Below are positions 9,502-19,673 of a stretch of 64,000 bases of DNA, one piece after another. Source of the stretch: Gammaproteobacteria bacterium (GTDB lineage Bacteria > Pseudomonadota > Gammaproteobacteria > Arenicellales > Poriferihabitantaceae); the NCBI GenBank assembly GCA_026709505.1, contig JAPOSW010000123.1, positions 34,703-98,702 of the forward strand, read 5' to 3'. The position numbers and the translations under genes are program-made. The notes below the pieces were generated by a model. That model worked only from the letters and a program-made list of their open reading frames with translations, made no database searches and was not told the DNA's origin. Numbering within the stretch: the stretch's first letter is position 1; each line of letters starts with the position of its first letter.

Positions 9502-10389
9502 ATGCCTGAAGTTATGCAAACAGATTCTTTATCTCCGAGATTTAACCATTGTCTATCAATGACTTCGTCTGGGAGCACTCATGAGGTGCACTGGACAGAA
9601 TGGGGGGCGGTCGATCATGCGCATGCGGTGATTTGCGCACATGGATTGACAAGAAATGGTCGAGATTTTGACTATCTGGCAAAAAGATTGGGAAATCATT
9701 GCCGATTAGTCTGTCCAGACTATCCGGGGCGTGGCACAAGCCCTAAACTCGTAAACCCTCAGCACTATTCCATTGAACAGTACGTGATTGACACATTTTC
9801 CGTAATCAAAACACTTGAATACGACAAGCTGGATTGGATCGGTACATCGATGGGCGGCCTGATAGGAATGGCTATCGCCAGCATGCCAGAACATCCAGTC
9901 TCACGCATGATTATCAATGATGTTGGAGCTGAAATTCCCCAACAAAGCCTTTTCAGCCTTGCGGCAGAATTGGCTGATCAACCAGATCATTTCAACTCAA
10001 TGGAGGATGTCTACGATTATTTCCGAAAGGCTTACCCTGGTTTTGGCAAACTTGAAGATCACCATTACCGACATATGGGAGATCATAGCGTATGGCCTGG
10101 GTCTGATGGAAACGGTTATGAATTGGCCAGAGATCCTGCAATCATTACAGAATTGGCAAAGGTTCTTCCATCGGACCTGAATTTATGGGAAATCTGGGAA
10201 AAAATCAAAATTCCAGCCTTGATTATTCGAGGCGAACATTCGGGTTTATTGCTGGCAGAGACGGTTGATAAAATGCTGAAAATTCATATGGATGCATCGG
10301 CAATTCAATTCGCTGACTGTGGGCATGCACCCTCTTTGATGACCGATGATCAAATAGATGAAATCGCTGACTGGCTGGGGTTATCGTAG
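9502..10389 (+). CDS. Alpha/beta-fold hydrolase
   Basis: 295 aa with HGLTRNGRDFD, nucleophile elbow GTSMGG and C-terminal CGHAP (catalytic His region). Confidence 0.7.
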   Translation: MPEVMQTDSLSPRFNHCLSMTSSGSTHEVHWTEWGAVDHAHAVICAHGLTRNGRDFDYLAKRLGNHCRLVCPDYPGRGTSPKLVNPQHYSIEQYVIDTFSVIKTLEYDKLDWIGTSMGGLIGMAIASMPEHPVSRMIINDVGAEIPQQSLFSLAAELADQPDHFNSMEDVYDYFRKAYPGFGKLEDHHYRHMGDHSVWPGSDGNGYELARDPAIITELAKVLPSDLNLWEIWEKIKIPALIIRGEHSGLLLAETVDKMLKIHMDASAIQFADCGHAPSLMTDDQIDEIADWLGLS

Positions 10390-10427
10390 TGCCCCGGTAC
10401 TCTGCACCTGAATGCTGCCGGAGGAAC

Positions 10428-12020
10428 TTATTCGTCGATGATTCTGCCATCCAGTACAGGTTGATATGGATTATTTTTCTGCAGATAGTCAACCACAATA
10501 TCCGTTACCGCAGGTCCGTGGTCATTAGCATTGCGAGCACTTTGGGAAAAAACGGTGTAGCCATCGCCACCACCGCGCAGAAAATCATTGGTCACAACGC
10601 CATAAATCTGGTCTGGGTCGAGCGGTGCCCACTGATTTTGCTGGCTAACTTCAACATCGTAAACTCGCGCAGAATTGTTTTCCGTCAAGCGGGAATATCG
10701 AAACCGAAGCCCGGATACTTGTGGAAACCGTCCACTCCTTCCTGCCACTTGATCAACCCCGGACTCCAGTGAAGACAGAATATCCGCGCCAGTCAATTCG
10801 AAACTTGAAAGCTGATTTTGAAATGGATATACGGCAAGCACTTCGCCCATAGTGATTTCACCTTGATCAATCGAGCCGCGCAAGCCACCAGCATTGGCAA
10901 TAGCGATGTCATACCCTTGCGGTTTCATTCTGGCAAGCATCGCATCAGCGACCAGATTGCCAATTTTGCATTCCCTGGTCCGGCAATCAGTGCGATTGCC
11001 ATCTATTGGGCTTGCTGCCTCTGAAATTACCTGGCTATGCAGTACATTCAATGGCTTGACTAGCTTTTCAATTTCATTTCTTACTTCCTGATTTTGAGCG
11101 GTCCTGCTATCCAAAAGAATCGGGTTCCCGATTGCAGATGTTATTCTTCCACGATCATCAAACGTGACATCAAGGCGCCCAAGATATTTTCCGAAGGCAT
11201 AGGCCTGAACGATCGCTACAGCAGTCCCGTTTGGTGACCTCACCCAAGTTGGATATGGGCCTTCCGATTGTTGGCCATCCTGATTTGATAGAAACGTGTT
11301 GGTATGTCCTCCGACTATCACATCAATGCCATCAACGTTTGCTGCAATATGTTGATCCACATCATATCCAGAATGCGAGAGCAGAATAATTCTGTCAATT
11401 CCCTGCCTGGTTAGCCTTGCTATTTCCCGAGAAACAGCCATGACTGGATCTGTAAACGAAATATTTGGCCCAGGCGATGACAGCTCTGCTGTATTGACAG
11501 GCGCCAATCCGATCAAGCCATATCGATAACCGCTTTTGGCAATGATGGCTGAATGCTTCAGAACATCGTTTAATAGTGGTTCTCCCGAGATATCAGCATT
11601 GGACAATAAAACCGGAAACCTTGCTTGCTCAATAAATCTACGCAATGCTTGTGGTCCCAGATCAAATTCATGATTGCCGACAGTCATGCCATCGTAACGC
11701 ACCATATTCATCATCTTTACCAATGCCTGTCCTTGATAGTGGGTAAAGATGAGCGAACCCTGAAATTGATCACCGCCATCAACCAGTATTGAATGCCCGG
11801 ATTTCTCGCGTTCAGTCTGGACGACAGCTGCAAGTCTTGCATATCCGCCAAAGCACGCATTCTCGGCATCCCTTTCGCCATTACATGCATTGTTGCGCTG
11901 GTTAACGGGCTTGATCTGGGCATGGAGATCATTAGTGTGCAGGATCGTCAAGGTTTCAGCTTCGGCTCTGGCTGAAAACGATGCGATCAAAACGGCAAAC
12001 AGCAAAAAGATCCTGATCAT
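10428..12020 (-). CDS. Secreted bifunctional metallophosphatase / 5'-nucleotidase
   Basis: 530 aa with N-terminal signal peptide (MIRIFLLFAVLIASFSARA), calcineurin-like motifs HTNDLHA, GGDQFQG and GNHEFD, and a C-terminal 5'-nucleotidase domain. Confidence 0.85.
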   Translation of the reverse strand: MIRIFLLFAVLIASFSARAEAETLTILHTNDLHAQIKPVNQRNNACNGERDAENACFGGYARLAAVVQTEREKSGHSILVDGGDQFQGSLIFTHYQGQALVKMMNMVRYDGMTVGNHEFDLGPQALRRFIEQARFPVLLSNADISGEPLLNDVLKHSAIIAKSGYRYGLIGLAPVNTAELSSPGPNISFTDPVMAVSREIARLTRQGIDRIILLSHSGYDVDQHIAANVDGIDVIVGGHTNTFLSNQDGQQSEGPYPTWVRSPNGTAVAIVQAYAFGKYLGRLDVTFDDRGRITSAIGNPILLDSRTAQNQEVRNEIEKLVKPLNVLHSQVISEAASPIDGNRTDCRTRECKIGNLVADAMLARMKPQGYDIAIANAGGLRGSIDQGEITMGEVLAVYPFQNQLSSFELTGADILSSLESGVDQVAGRSGRFPQVSGLRFRYSRLTENNSARVYDVEVSQQNQWAPLDPDQIYGVVTNDFLRGGGDGYTVFSQSARNANDHGPAVTDIVVDYLQKNNPYQPVLDGRIIDE

Positions 12021-12241
12021 TCAGAAAACCATTCAATCGTAAAGTGTAATTTCATTATAGCCCTTGGTTTGCCCTGCTCCTGCCAAACGACCACACCATG
12101 GATAATTCGAAATTTGTCCTCAAGCACTGCTCTTCCGATTGATTGAACGAGGCGTGGATTTATTCAGATGGGCCGGTTTATCGGCTTGGAGCTTTTTTCA
12201 GCAAAATTTGTAAACGAAGTATATTTCATGGTTTGATTACG

Positions 12242-12333
12242 CTTAATTGGGCTTAAATAAATATCCTATTGTTTATATTTAAAAATTTTCGAATGACTCT
12301 TCTGGACGCAAGCAAACTCTTAATTGGGCTTAA
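12242..12333. repeat. Two direct copies of CTTAATTGGGCTTAA (12242-12256 and 12319-12333)
   Basis: Exact 15-nt direct repeat 77 nt apart in the intergenic region. The second copy forms the left arm of hairpin GGGCTTAA-TAAAGA-TTAAGCCC (12326-12347), which overlaps the stop codon of the 12340..13749 gene. Confidence 0.6.
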
Positions 12334-12339
12334 TAAAGA

Positions 12340-13749
12340 TTAAGCCCAAAATGGCACATAGCATGCGAAATGCCGGGAAGTACCGGCCTGCTCATCCAAC
12401 TTGATCATTTTGGCACCAACAGTTGCAGTAATTATCTGTGAGACCAAGGCATTTTTATTATCCGTTAGTCCGAAACGCTCACGCAATGACTGATTGGTCA
12501 TTTGTTGAGATGTAACCCATTTCAAGGCACAGTGCTGATAGCATGCCCGTATACGTTCTCGGCGGTCCATTTGCTTGAAATCTTTGAAACCCTGTATTTT
12601 GACCACCGTTCTACGGTGGCCAGTAAAAAAATCAGGAGCGGGCAACTGGAAAGTTTCCACTTCGCTTATTACTCTATCGATTCCACTGCTTTTCTCCTCG
12701 CAGATACCTTGCCGCCGCATAATCCGGACTAAACTTTCGTTTCTCGATTCATGACCATCAATAAAGCGCTCTACAGGTACTACAGGCTCCCCAGGATTTG
12801 AGATCTCCACACGGTCTGGATAGATTTCAACCATCATAGATGTGCCACTGATCGTAAAGTCCTGATGGATGAGTGCATTAGCAATTAGCTCTCGAATAAC
12901 AATTTCTGGAATCAGCTTTACTTCTTTGCGGATTGCTGTTTCTACAACCTCGTTTTGGGGTAATTGAGACATCACAAAGCTGATGAGTTCCTGAAAGCCA
13001 ACTGCATACCCTTTGGTTCCAGTATGATCAAGCCGAGTCTCCAGCTTTGATGTCCCTGCATAGACCACCACTCTTGATGCTTTGCGAGCCAGGTCTGGAA
13101 AGTCCTCCAATCGTTTCGCCAATAGTAATGCGCCCATGCGTCGGATTGAATACTTTGAGCTTAGTTGGTCAATGAGCTGATCATTCAGCAATCTTTCCAT
13201 AACGCCCGCTTGCTCTGTTGGATACGGTAATCCGAGTAGGTCGAAGTATGTCTGCGTGTCCAACAGGTTTACAACATCTCTTCTGTCAAGGCCAGTTTTT
13301 GATGGTTTCTCCAGCCAGTGACTGTCGCCCTCTGAAAATATGCGTCGCAACTGGTCTTCGCTCATGGGTCTTAGTGCTTGCCCTATCCGCATTAGATAAA
13401 CGCCATTTCTATGATAGGCGTTTCCACGAGGACGTGAGGGGATATGGAAAACCAGCACCCTGCCATTTGTGTGGTGAACTTCTTCAATATCCACTCGAAA
13501 GTGAATGGCTTGATAAACCTTTTCCTCCATCTCGACAGGATTATGGAAAGCGCTTGTACCAACTGCATTCCTTGGAGGCTCATCTGCTACACCCGGTACA
13601 AGTTTTCCGCCACCCTCGTTAGCAATCGCAACACAGTACTTGTATAGCTTGCTATTATCAACTTGCCGTTTGGCTTCCTTGAATTCCAGTGACTGATGCT
13701 CAGAAGGGCTCTGGCACCAGAGATCTATTTGTTCTGGTGTTATTGTCAA
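12340..13749 (-). CDS. AlbA_2 (Schlafen-like 'divergent AAA') plus HATPase_c_4-type ATP-binding putative DNA-binding protein (RecG-like transcriptional regulator family)
   Basis: 469 aa. The N-terminal SEHQSLEFKE block is typical of AlbA_2 domains. The C-terminal ELIANALIHQDF...GGSGI-like region is typical of the associated ATPase-like and wHTH part. Confidence 0.65.
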   Translation of the reverse strand: MTITPEQIDLWCQSPSEHQSLEFKEAKRQVDNSKLYKYCVAIANEGGGKLVPGVADEPPRNAVGTSAFHNPVEMEEKVYQAIHFRVDIEEVHHTNGRVLVFHIPSRPRGNAYHRNGVYLMRIGQALRPMSEDQLRRIFSEGDSHWLEKPSKTGLDRRDVVNLLDTQTYFDLLGLPYPTEQAGVMERLLNDQLIDQLSSKYSIRRMGALLLAKRLEDFPDLARKASRVVVYAGTSKLETRLDHTGTKGYAVGFQELISFVMSQLPQNEVVETAIRKEVKLIPEIVIRELIANALIHQDFTISGTSMMVEIYPDRVEISNPGEPVVPVERFIDGHESRNESLVRIMRRQGICEEKSSGIDRVISEVETFQLPAPDFFTGHRRTVVKIQGFKDFKQMDRRERIRACYQHCALKWVTSQQMTNQSLRERFGLTDNKNALVSQIITATVGAKMIKLDEQAGTSRHFACYVPFWA

Positions 13750-14435
13750 AGCTTTCTTATTCCTTCAATAGTCATTTCTGATTAATAGTTGAAGTTTTTA
13801 CTACAACATCATCATTTTTCAGTATAAATAGCGCTATGTATTTCCAAATTGCCGAGCAGGCCATATGCTCAATTGACAAGTCATTTTCTTGCTGTCTCGT
13901 TTGACCGTCAGTCTGGCTTATGCATCTTTCGCAATCAATCAAATATTAACAAGCCAACAGCCTATTTTAATAGTTCAGATTGACGTAATGCACGACTTGC
14001 CATGGACCTATATCGAAGATCAATACAATCTGAATAATTGCCGCATATTTTTTCTGTTCGCTTACCGACACCAATTTTTCATGATGGAATTAAGCAATCT
14101 GGCTCGTGCATGAGCCTTATCTGAAAAAGCCGTCTGTCTCGGCATTCGAACAGGCACCCCTTGTGGCTATGGCTATCCCGGAGCTTGCCTAAGCGGGCTT
14201 CGGCGAGGTTCTTGGTCTGGATTGATTGGTCAGAAAACCCGGCATGGAATGCAGTAGTGTTCATTCGACCGGTAACCATGTCCTGACCAACGACTCAGCA
14301 CTGCTGCAGTGCAGCTTGGCTTTCAATGTCACCCTGATCAAGAATTTCCTGACTTTACTTGATGAGGAAAAGTTTTAAACTCTCTTGGACATGTAGGCCG
14401 GATGTACCCAGCGAATTCCTGAGTATGTGGTGTGG

Positions 14436-14511
14436 TGGTGGCCAGGGGCAGAATCGAACTGCCGACACGAGGATTTTCAGTCCACTGCTCTACCGACTGA
14501 GCTACCTGGCC
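14436..14511 (-). tRNA. tRNA-Phe (GAA)
   Basis: Reverse complement is GGCCAGGTAGCTCAGTCGGTAGAGCAGTGGACTGAAAATCCTCGTGTCGGCAGTTCGATTCTGCCCCTGGCCACCA. It has a 7-bp acceptor stem, anticodon loop CTGAAAA, T-loop GTTCGATTC and encoded CCA, and closely resembles E. coli tRNA-Phe. Confidence 0.95.
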
Positions 14512-14605
14512 ATCAATGGGGACTGAATTAGAAATCAGAAGAAGTTTGCAGTCAAGAGCAGATTGCGAGATTCCAACGAATTTATCCAGCATATGTCAGT
14601 ATTGC

Positions 14606-15526
14606 TCACTCAACAACGATCGATTGACTGTCTCCGGTTGTCTCGGTCAGCACAAAATCGATGAATACTTTTGCAGTTTGTGCAAGCTGTTTGCCACTTC
14701 GATAAACAATATACCATTGCCTGATGACTGGAAATCCTTCAATGTCAAGTGAGATCAGACGTCCCAACTCCAATTCAAGCCTCACGGTGTGAATGGAAAC
14801 CACAGCAAGGCCCAAACCGGCCTGAACACTCTGTTTGACGATTTCATTTCCGGATACCTGAATGCCGGGCGTTGGCCTGACGCCATTTTCATCAAACACC
14901 CGCCGCATCGCCTGTCGGGTGCCCGAACCGGATTCCCGAATTACAAAGGTTTCCCCGTTCAATTCGCTGATCGGTATTTTTTTTCTTCCAGCCATGGGGT
15001 GGTTTGGAGAAGCAATCACGATTAATGGGTTATCCATGAATGATATAGCTTCAGTATCCAAGTCTTCTGGAGGAGGCCCCATCAACACCAGATCCGGTTC
15101 ATTGTCCTCCAGCCGCTTGATCAGCTCCTCCCGGTTAATAACCTCAAGACTGATTTTTATTCCCTTGTGTTCTTCACAGAAGCGGGCAAGAAGTCGTGCA
15201 GCAAAATAATTTACGGTCGAAGCAATGCAGATTTTTAGCCGTCCCCCTTCTACTCCGCGCAAGAGGTTGATATCATATTCAATTTCATTGAGCTGATTCA
15301 GCATGCTTCGACTGTGCTTGAGCAGGGTATGCCCCGCTTCGGTGAGAAATATCTTCTTTCCCATCTGCTCAAACAGCGGCATTTCCAGAAGATCCGAGAG
15401 CTGTCGAACCTGGATAGAGACAGCCGGCTGGGTCAAATACAATTCCTCAGCCGCTCGTGTGAAACTCAAATTTCTAGCAACTGACTCAAATATCTGCAAT
15501 TGGCGCATTGTGATATGCAGGGCCAT
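14606..15526 (-). CDS. LysR-family transcriptional regulator (CbbR-like N-terminus)
   Basis: 306 aa. HTH is LSFTRAAEELYLTQPAVSIQVRQLSD, followed by a LysR substrate-binding domain. Confidence 0.85.
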   Translation of the reverse strand: MALHITMRQLQIFESVARNLSFTRAAEELYLTQPAVSIQVRQLSDLLEMPLFEQMGKKIFLTEAGHTLLKHSRSMLNQLNEIEYDINLLRGVEGGRLKICIASTVNYFAARLLARFCEEHKGIKISLEVINREELIKRLEDNEPDLVLMGPPPEDLDTEAISFMDNPLIVIASPNHPMAGRKKIPISELNGETFVIRESGSGTRQAMRRVFDENGVRPTPGIQVSGNEIVKQSVQAGLGLAVVSIHTVRLELELGRLISLDIEGFPVIRQWYIVYRSGKQLAQTAKVFIDFVLTETTGDSQSIVVE

Positions 15527-15552
15527 GGATCAAAGGGATAAATGCAAAATAC

Positions 15553-15579
15553 ATATGCATTATATATTATCATGCATAT
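15553..15579. promoter_or_regulatory. Inverted repeat ATATGCAT-N11-ATGCATAT upstream of the LysR gene (candidate autoregulatory LysR box)
   Basis: Perfect 8-bp arms with an 11-nt AT-rich spacer, 27 nt upstream of the LysR start. It fits the T-N11-A LysR-box geometry. Confidence 0.3.
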
Positions 15580-15721
15580 ATCTAATAAATTTTCCTTACC
15601 CTTTATTCAGCTCTTTCTCCCCAGGCTTGACGCCTCCTGACAATACGCTTTCATGCTCAAGCCCGGCTTGCATGCATCCATCGCCAGGTAATGAATCTTG
15701 GGACAAGGTTTTTTGACCAGC

Positions 15722-16309
15722 TTATTTGAAAACCAGGTTTTTGACGAGCTTTCGATAGACATCCCAGTCAAAGCAGGGTCCTGGATCTGTTTTTCGGCCA
15801 GGAGCAATATCACTGTGCCCAACAATGTTTTCCATGGTTATACCTGGAAATGCCATGAGGAGACAGCGGGTAAGCGATGACAGGGCCTGGTACTGGATGG
15901 TTTCAAAGGGCAATGTATCACATCCCTCCAATTCGATGCCGATTGAGAAATCATTCACCTTTTCATGGCCATTATGACTGGATACTCCAGCGTGCCAGGC
16001 CCGGTCATAGGTTGATACAAATTGTGTCGTTTGTCCGCCTCGATCAATATAGAAATGGCTGGAAACTCTAAGTTCGGCAATCTCTCGAAAAAAAGGATCA
16101 ACAGCAACATCCAGTTGATTGGTGAATAGCGCTTCAACATGGCATCCTCCAAACTGATTTGGCGGCAAGCTAATTGCATGAATCACCAGTGTGTCTATCT
16201 TGATGTTATCGGGGCGGGAGTCAAAGTTTGGCGACTGAACTTGCAAGGTGCCGGATACTAGCCCGGACTGTTTGTCATGGTTGAAAATTTGCGGGTTCAA
16301 GTCTTCCAT
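15722..16309 (-). CDS. ampD: 1,6-anhydro-N-acetylmuramyl-L-alanine amidase AmpD
   Basis: 195 aa with amidase_2 motifs HAISLPP, AWHAGVS and HSDIAPGRKTDPG. Confidence 0.85.
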   Translation of the reverse strand: MEDLNPQIFNHDKQSGLVSGTLQVQSPNFDSRPDNIKIDTLVIHAISLPPNQFGGCHVEALFTNQLDVAVDPFFREIAELRVSSHFYIDRGGQTTQFVSTYDRAWHAGVSSHNGHEKVNDFSIGIELEGCDTLPFETIQYQALSSLTRCLLMAFPGITMENIVGHSDIAPGRKTDPGPCFDWDVYRKLVKNLVFK

Positions 16310-16911
16310 AACTCCATGCCAATCGCGAATTTAGTCTGGCGTGACCACGTCAGGGAGAAGCGTTCCTTCAGTTCCTCGGCTAATTGGCGCATGGGCAGTA
16401 TTTCTCCCCGTTTCAACTCAAGCTCCAATTCGCAAAGCGGCACGGATCTCTGGTTCGCAAGAATGCAGCCACTATCTGCTGCGCATTCGATTTCGGTGTT
16501 AGCGACAACCAGTTTCAGGATTGTCCTCGACATTTCAACCGAAACAATGGTCTCAAGAGGATCATTCTCATCGACAATTTGCAGAACCCGGCTTTTGAGT
16601 GCTCCTTCAGGAAGCATGCCCGTTGTCTCGAGCCAGCCATCAATGACCGTTTCCAGTTCATGGTGCTGCGAAAAGCCATCAACAATACTGCCCTTTTCCT
16701 TAAACGTCGCCCGCATCAACTCCCCCTCCATCCTGGACCGAAGAGAAGAGTTCGAGCGAGTAAAATCCCGATTTGGCGTATCATGATAGCGAGCAACAAA
16801 CCGGATAGGTCCTAGCCTCTCCTGCATATTGGACTGGATCAATCCGCACTGGATTATAGACTCCAGGATATCCTGGCTATCAACGATGAGCTTGATTTCC
16901 TGTTCGAGCAC
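16297..16911 (-). CDS. CYTH-domain protein (triphosphate tunnel metalloenzyme)
   Basis: 204 aa, GTG start, N-terminal ExExK signature (EQEIK). Overlaps ampD by 13 nt. Confidence 0.65.
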   Translation of the reverse strand: MLEQEIKLIVDSQDILESIIQCGLIQSNMQERLGPIRFVARYHDTPNRDFTRSNSSLRSRMEGELMRATFKEKGSIVDGFSQHHELETVIDGWLETTGMLPEGALKSRVLQIVDENDPLETIVSVEMSRTILKLVVANTEIECAADSGCILANQRSVPLCELELELKRGEILPMRQLAEELKERFSLTWSRQTKFAIGMELWKT

Positions 16912-16914
16912 GCT

Positions 16915-18177
16915 TTATCCGATTTTTTCAGCGCGTAGGGATTCGATGCCTTTCTCGTTGCGTTCTTCAACGATTAATCGATAGCCTTGCTCAATGATCG
17001 ACTCCCCAATTTCCGGAATATGTCCGATCGAATTCATGACAAAACCGCCGATGGTGTGGGTAAACCTGCTGTTCAATGCCACGTCCAGGTGTTCGTTAAA
17101 ATCAAAAATCGACATTCTTGAATCGATCAGATAGACATCCTTTTCGATTTTCTCTATGATCCGTTTGCGTCGAGGCAAATATTCATCAAAATCATAGCCA
17201 ACATCAATATCTCCAACCACCTCCTCGACGATATCCTCCATGGTGATGATGCCTACCGCTGAACCGAATTCATCGACTACAACAGCCATGCGGTCTTCCC
17301 GCTGCCTCAAAACCGGGAGCAGCTGATCAATAGTCTGGAACTGAAGCACGTAATGGGCAGGCTTGATGAACGCCTTGAGGTCTTTCTCGCCGAGCGCTTT
17401 ATCCATTAAATTCCACGTTGTCAGCGTAACTATTCCGATAATATTGTTGGTGTTGTTTCGATATACTGGAATTCTGTTGAAGCCCTTCCTCCTGACAGTC
17501 GCAATGGCACGCAGAATGCTTCGATTGTGGTCAATAGCCGTCACTTCGGCAATCGGGATCATTGCCTCTCCCACTGTAGTATCTGCAAACCGGATGACCC
17601 GCCTGATTCTGGCCCGGTCAAATACGTTCACGGCCGAGGTCTTTTCCGTCATCTCGACAACTGAGCGAACCTGCTCGCGTGTCATGAAGAAATTCTGTTC
17701 GAATTTTCCGGCACCCATGAGCCTTGCAAAAATACGGGCAATTCTGGAGAAGACAAAAACTACAGGATAAAATACCCAGGAGAAGACTCTAAGCGGATAG
17801 ACAGCATGGGGGACAATCTGGTCCGACTTTTGCTGGAAGATGCTTTTGGGAACAATTTCCCCCAAAATCAACAGCAGTGGAGTCAGAACAAGATACGAGA
17901 GCAAGTCTCCGCTCTCGCCGAAGGTACGAATGAATACGATGGTCAGCAGAGTTGTCAAGGCAACCGTTGCGACATTCGTGCCTACCAGAGTTGTTCCAAG
18001 CATGGTGTCAGGGGTCTTGTAAAAATCAAGAGCCGCCTTGGCCCCGCGGTTGCCCATGTTGGCCTTGGCCGTCAATTTGATCTTGTCTGAATTGACGAGA
18101 GCAATTTCCGACCCCGAAAAGAAACCTTTCAGCAGCAGCAAGAACAATATCAAGAGCATGAGTAAAACAATTGTCAT
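16915..18177 (-). CDS. CNNM/DUF21 transmembrane protein with CBS pair and CorC_HlyC domain (TlyC/hemolysin-family)
   Basis: 420 aa: N-terminal TM region with the SGSEIAL motif, two CBS-like repeats and a C-terminal CorC/HlyC-type domain. Confidence 0.85.
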   Translation of the reverse strand: MTIVLLMLLILFLLLLKGFFSGSEIALVNSDKIKLTAKANMGNRGAKAALDFYKTPDTMLGTTLVGTNVATVALTTLLTIVFIRTFGESGDLLSYLVLTPLLLILGEIVPKSIFQQKSDQIVPHAVYPLRVFSWVFYPVVFVFSRIARIFARLMGAGKFEQNFFMTREQVRSVVEMTEKTSAVNVFDRARIRRVIRFADTTVGEAMIPIAEVTAIDHNRSILRAIATVRRKGFNRIPVYRNNTNNIIGIVTLTTWNLMDKALGEKDLKAFIKPAHYVLQFQTIDQLLPVLRQREDRMAVVVDEFGSAVGIITMEDIVEEVVGDIDVGYDFDEYLPRRKRIIEKIEKDVYLIDSRMSIFDFNEHLDVALNSRFTHTIGGFVMNSIGHIPEIGESIIEQGYRLIVEERNEKGIESLRAEKIG

Positions 18178-19673
18178 GGCCTGACCTCACTGGTTTCGGA
18201 ATCTGGAATTTCCACTTCGTCCGGAATCTCGGCTTCAGCATCATTCCCATGAACAGAAGCACTGCCCGTCTCTTCCTGAATCGCTAGTTTCTCTTCAATG
18301 GCTGTGGATTCAGACACGAATTCCTTCATGTCCAGGCCTTTGGCAACCCTGACTTTCGAGATGCGGTGTGAATCCATTTCCAGAATTTGAATAATGATGT
18401 CCTCATCCTCGACGATATCTCCTTCCCTGGGCAATCTGTCAAGAAGACGAAAGGCATAGCCGGCGATAGTGGTCATGCGCGGATCTTCAATTCCGAAATT
18501 GGTGAGATTGTCAAAGTCATTAAGCCGCATGTCCCCGGGCACCACATAGTCATTATTGTCCTTTTCTTCATAGTAGTGGACGGTGGCTCTTGATCCGCCG
18601 CTGATATCGCCGAAAATGAAGCTCAATACGTCACGCATGCTGATGAATCCCTCTACCCCGCCGAATTCATTGAGACATGCCGCAGCCCGAACCTGATTGG
18701 ACTGAAAGAATTCAAACATTTCATCAACCTTCTTGGTGAGCGGTACAACCACGGGAGGATGCATGATGTCCTCCGGTTCATATTTGCTGAGGTCGTTTTC
18801 GTCCAGCACTAGCCGCATAATGTCCTCGGCATGAATGAAGCCCACAAGGTTATCCCGGTGAGTCTTGAATACCGGTACTCGCGGATGCTCGATTGCGATG
18901 AATTTCTCGATCATTTCCTGAACACCCATGTCGACATTCAGAAAGGCCATCTTGGTTCTTGGCGTCATGACCTCGACGATTTCAGTTTCATTGGCCGCAA
19001 GCAAATTATGGATTAGCGCTCTTTCGGTTGCATCCAGAACGCCCTCTTCGGATACCTGCTCGACCAAAGTGAGGAACTCGTCAACCTGCAGGATGTTGTC
19101 TGCTGCCTTGGCCTCGCCGACAATCAAGGTGGTTATGCGGTCGGCGATGCCCCGCACAGCCCACTGGATAGGCGTGATCAAGCGAATCCAGAGCCAAAGC
19201 GGTTTTGCGACAATTCTTGTGCTGTACCTTACAGGATTTGTAACAGCTATGGTTTTCGGGGTGACTTCTCCAAGCAGCAGCAAGAGGGGAATCATGATCA
19301 CCATGTTGATGATGAAGGCTTTTTCAGGCTCATAAAGCATCACCACGATGGTGGCCATATTCACGGCGGATGCAATATTGACCAATTCATTGCCGGTCAG
19401 TATGGAAATAATCAGCCTTCGAGGCTGATCAAGCAACTCGTGGATTGTTTCGGAGCTGGGGTTTCTTTCTCTGCGCAGTTGCTGCAGATCAAGCCGGGAC
19501 AGTGAAAAGAGAGCAGTTTCTGAACTGGAAAAGAACGCGGAGCAGATCAGCAGACACAGCTGCAGGACGAGTCGGATAATCATATCCGTCTCTGACAGCA
19601 GGGCCACGTCGAAGGCGAAATAACTCGCAACCGACTGCCCATACTGACCGAAATGATACAGTATTTGCTCCAT
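18174..19673 (-). CDS. Second CNNM/DUF21-CBS membrane protein
   Basis: 499 aa with SSSETALFSL DUF21 motif and CBS pair. ATGA 4-nt overlap with the downstream paralog. Confidence 0.8.
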   Translation of the reverse strand: MEQILYHFGQYGQSVASYFAFDVALLSETDMIIRLVLQLCLLICSAFFSSSETALFSLSRLDLQQLRRERNPSSETIHELLDQPRRLIISILTGNELVNIASAVNMATIVVMLYEPEKAFIINMVIMIPLLLLLGEVTPKTIAVTNPVRYSTRIVAKPLWLWIRLITPIQWAVRGIADRITTLIVGEAKAADNILQVDEFLTLVEQVSEEGVLDATERALIHNLLAANETEIVEVMTPRTKMAFLNVDMGVQEMIEKFIAIEHPRVPVFKTHRDNLVGFIHAEDIMRLVLDENDLSKYEPEDIMHPPVVVPLTKKVDEMFEFFQSNQVRAAACLNEFGGVEGFISMRDVLSFIFGDISGGSRATVHYYEEKDNNDYVVPGDMRLNDFDNLTNFGIEDPRMTTIAGYAFRLLDRLPREGDIVEDEDIIIQILEMDSHRISKVRVAKGLDMKEFVSESTAIEEKLAIQEETGSASVHGNDAEAEIPDEVEIPDSETSEVRP

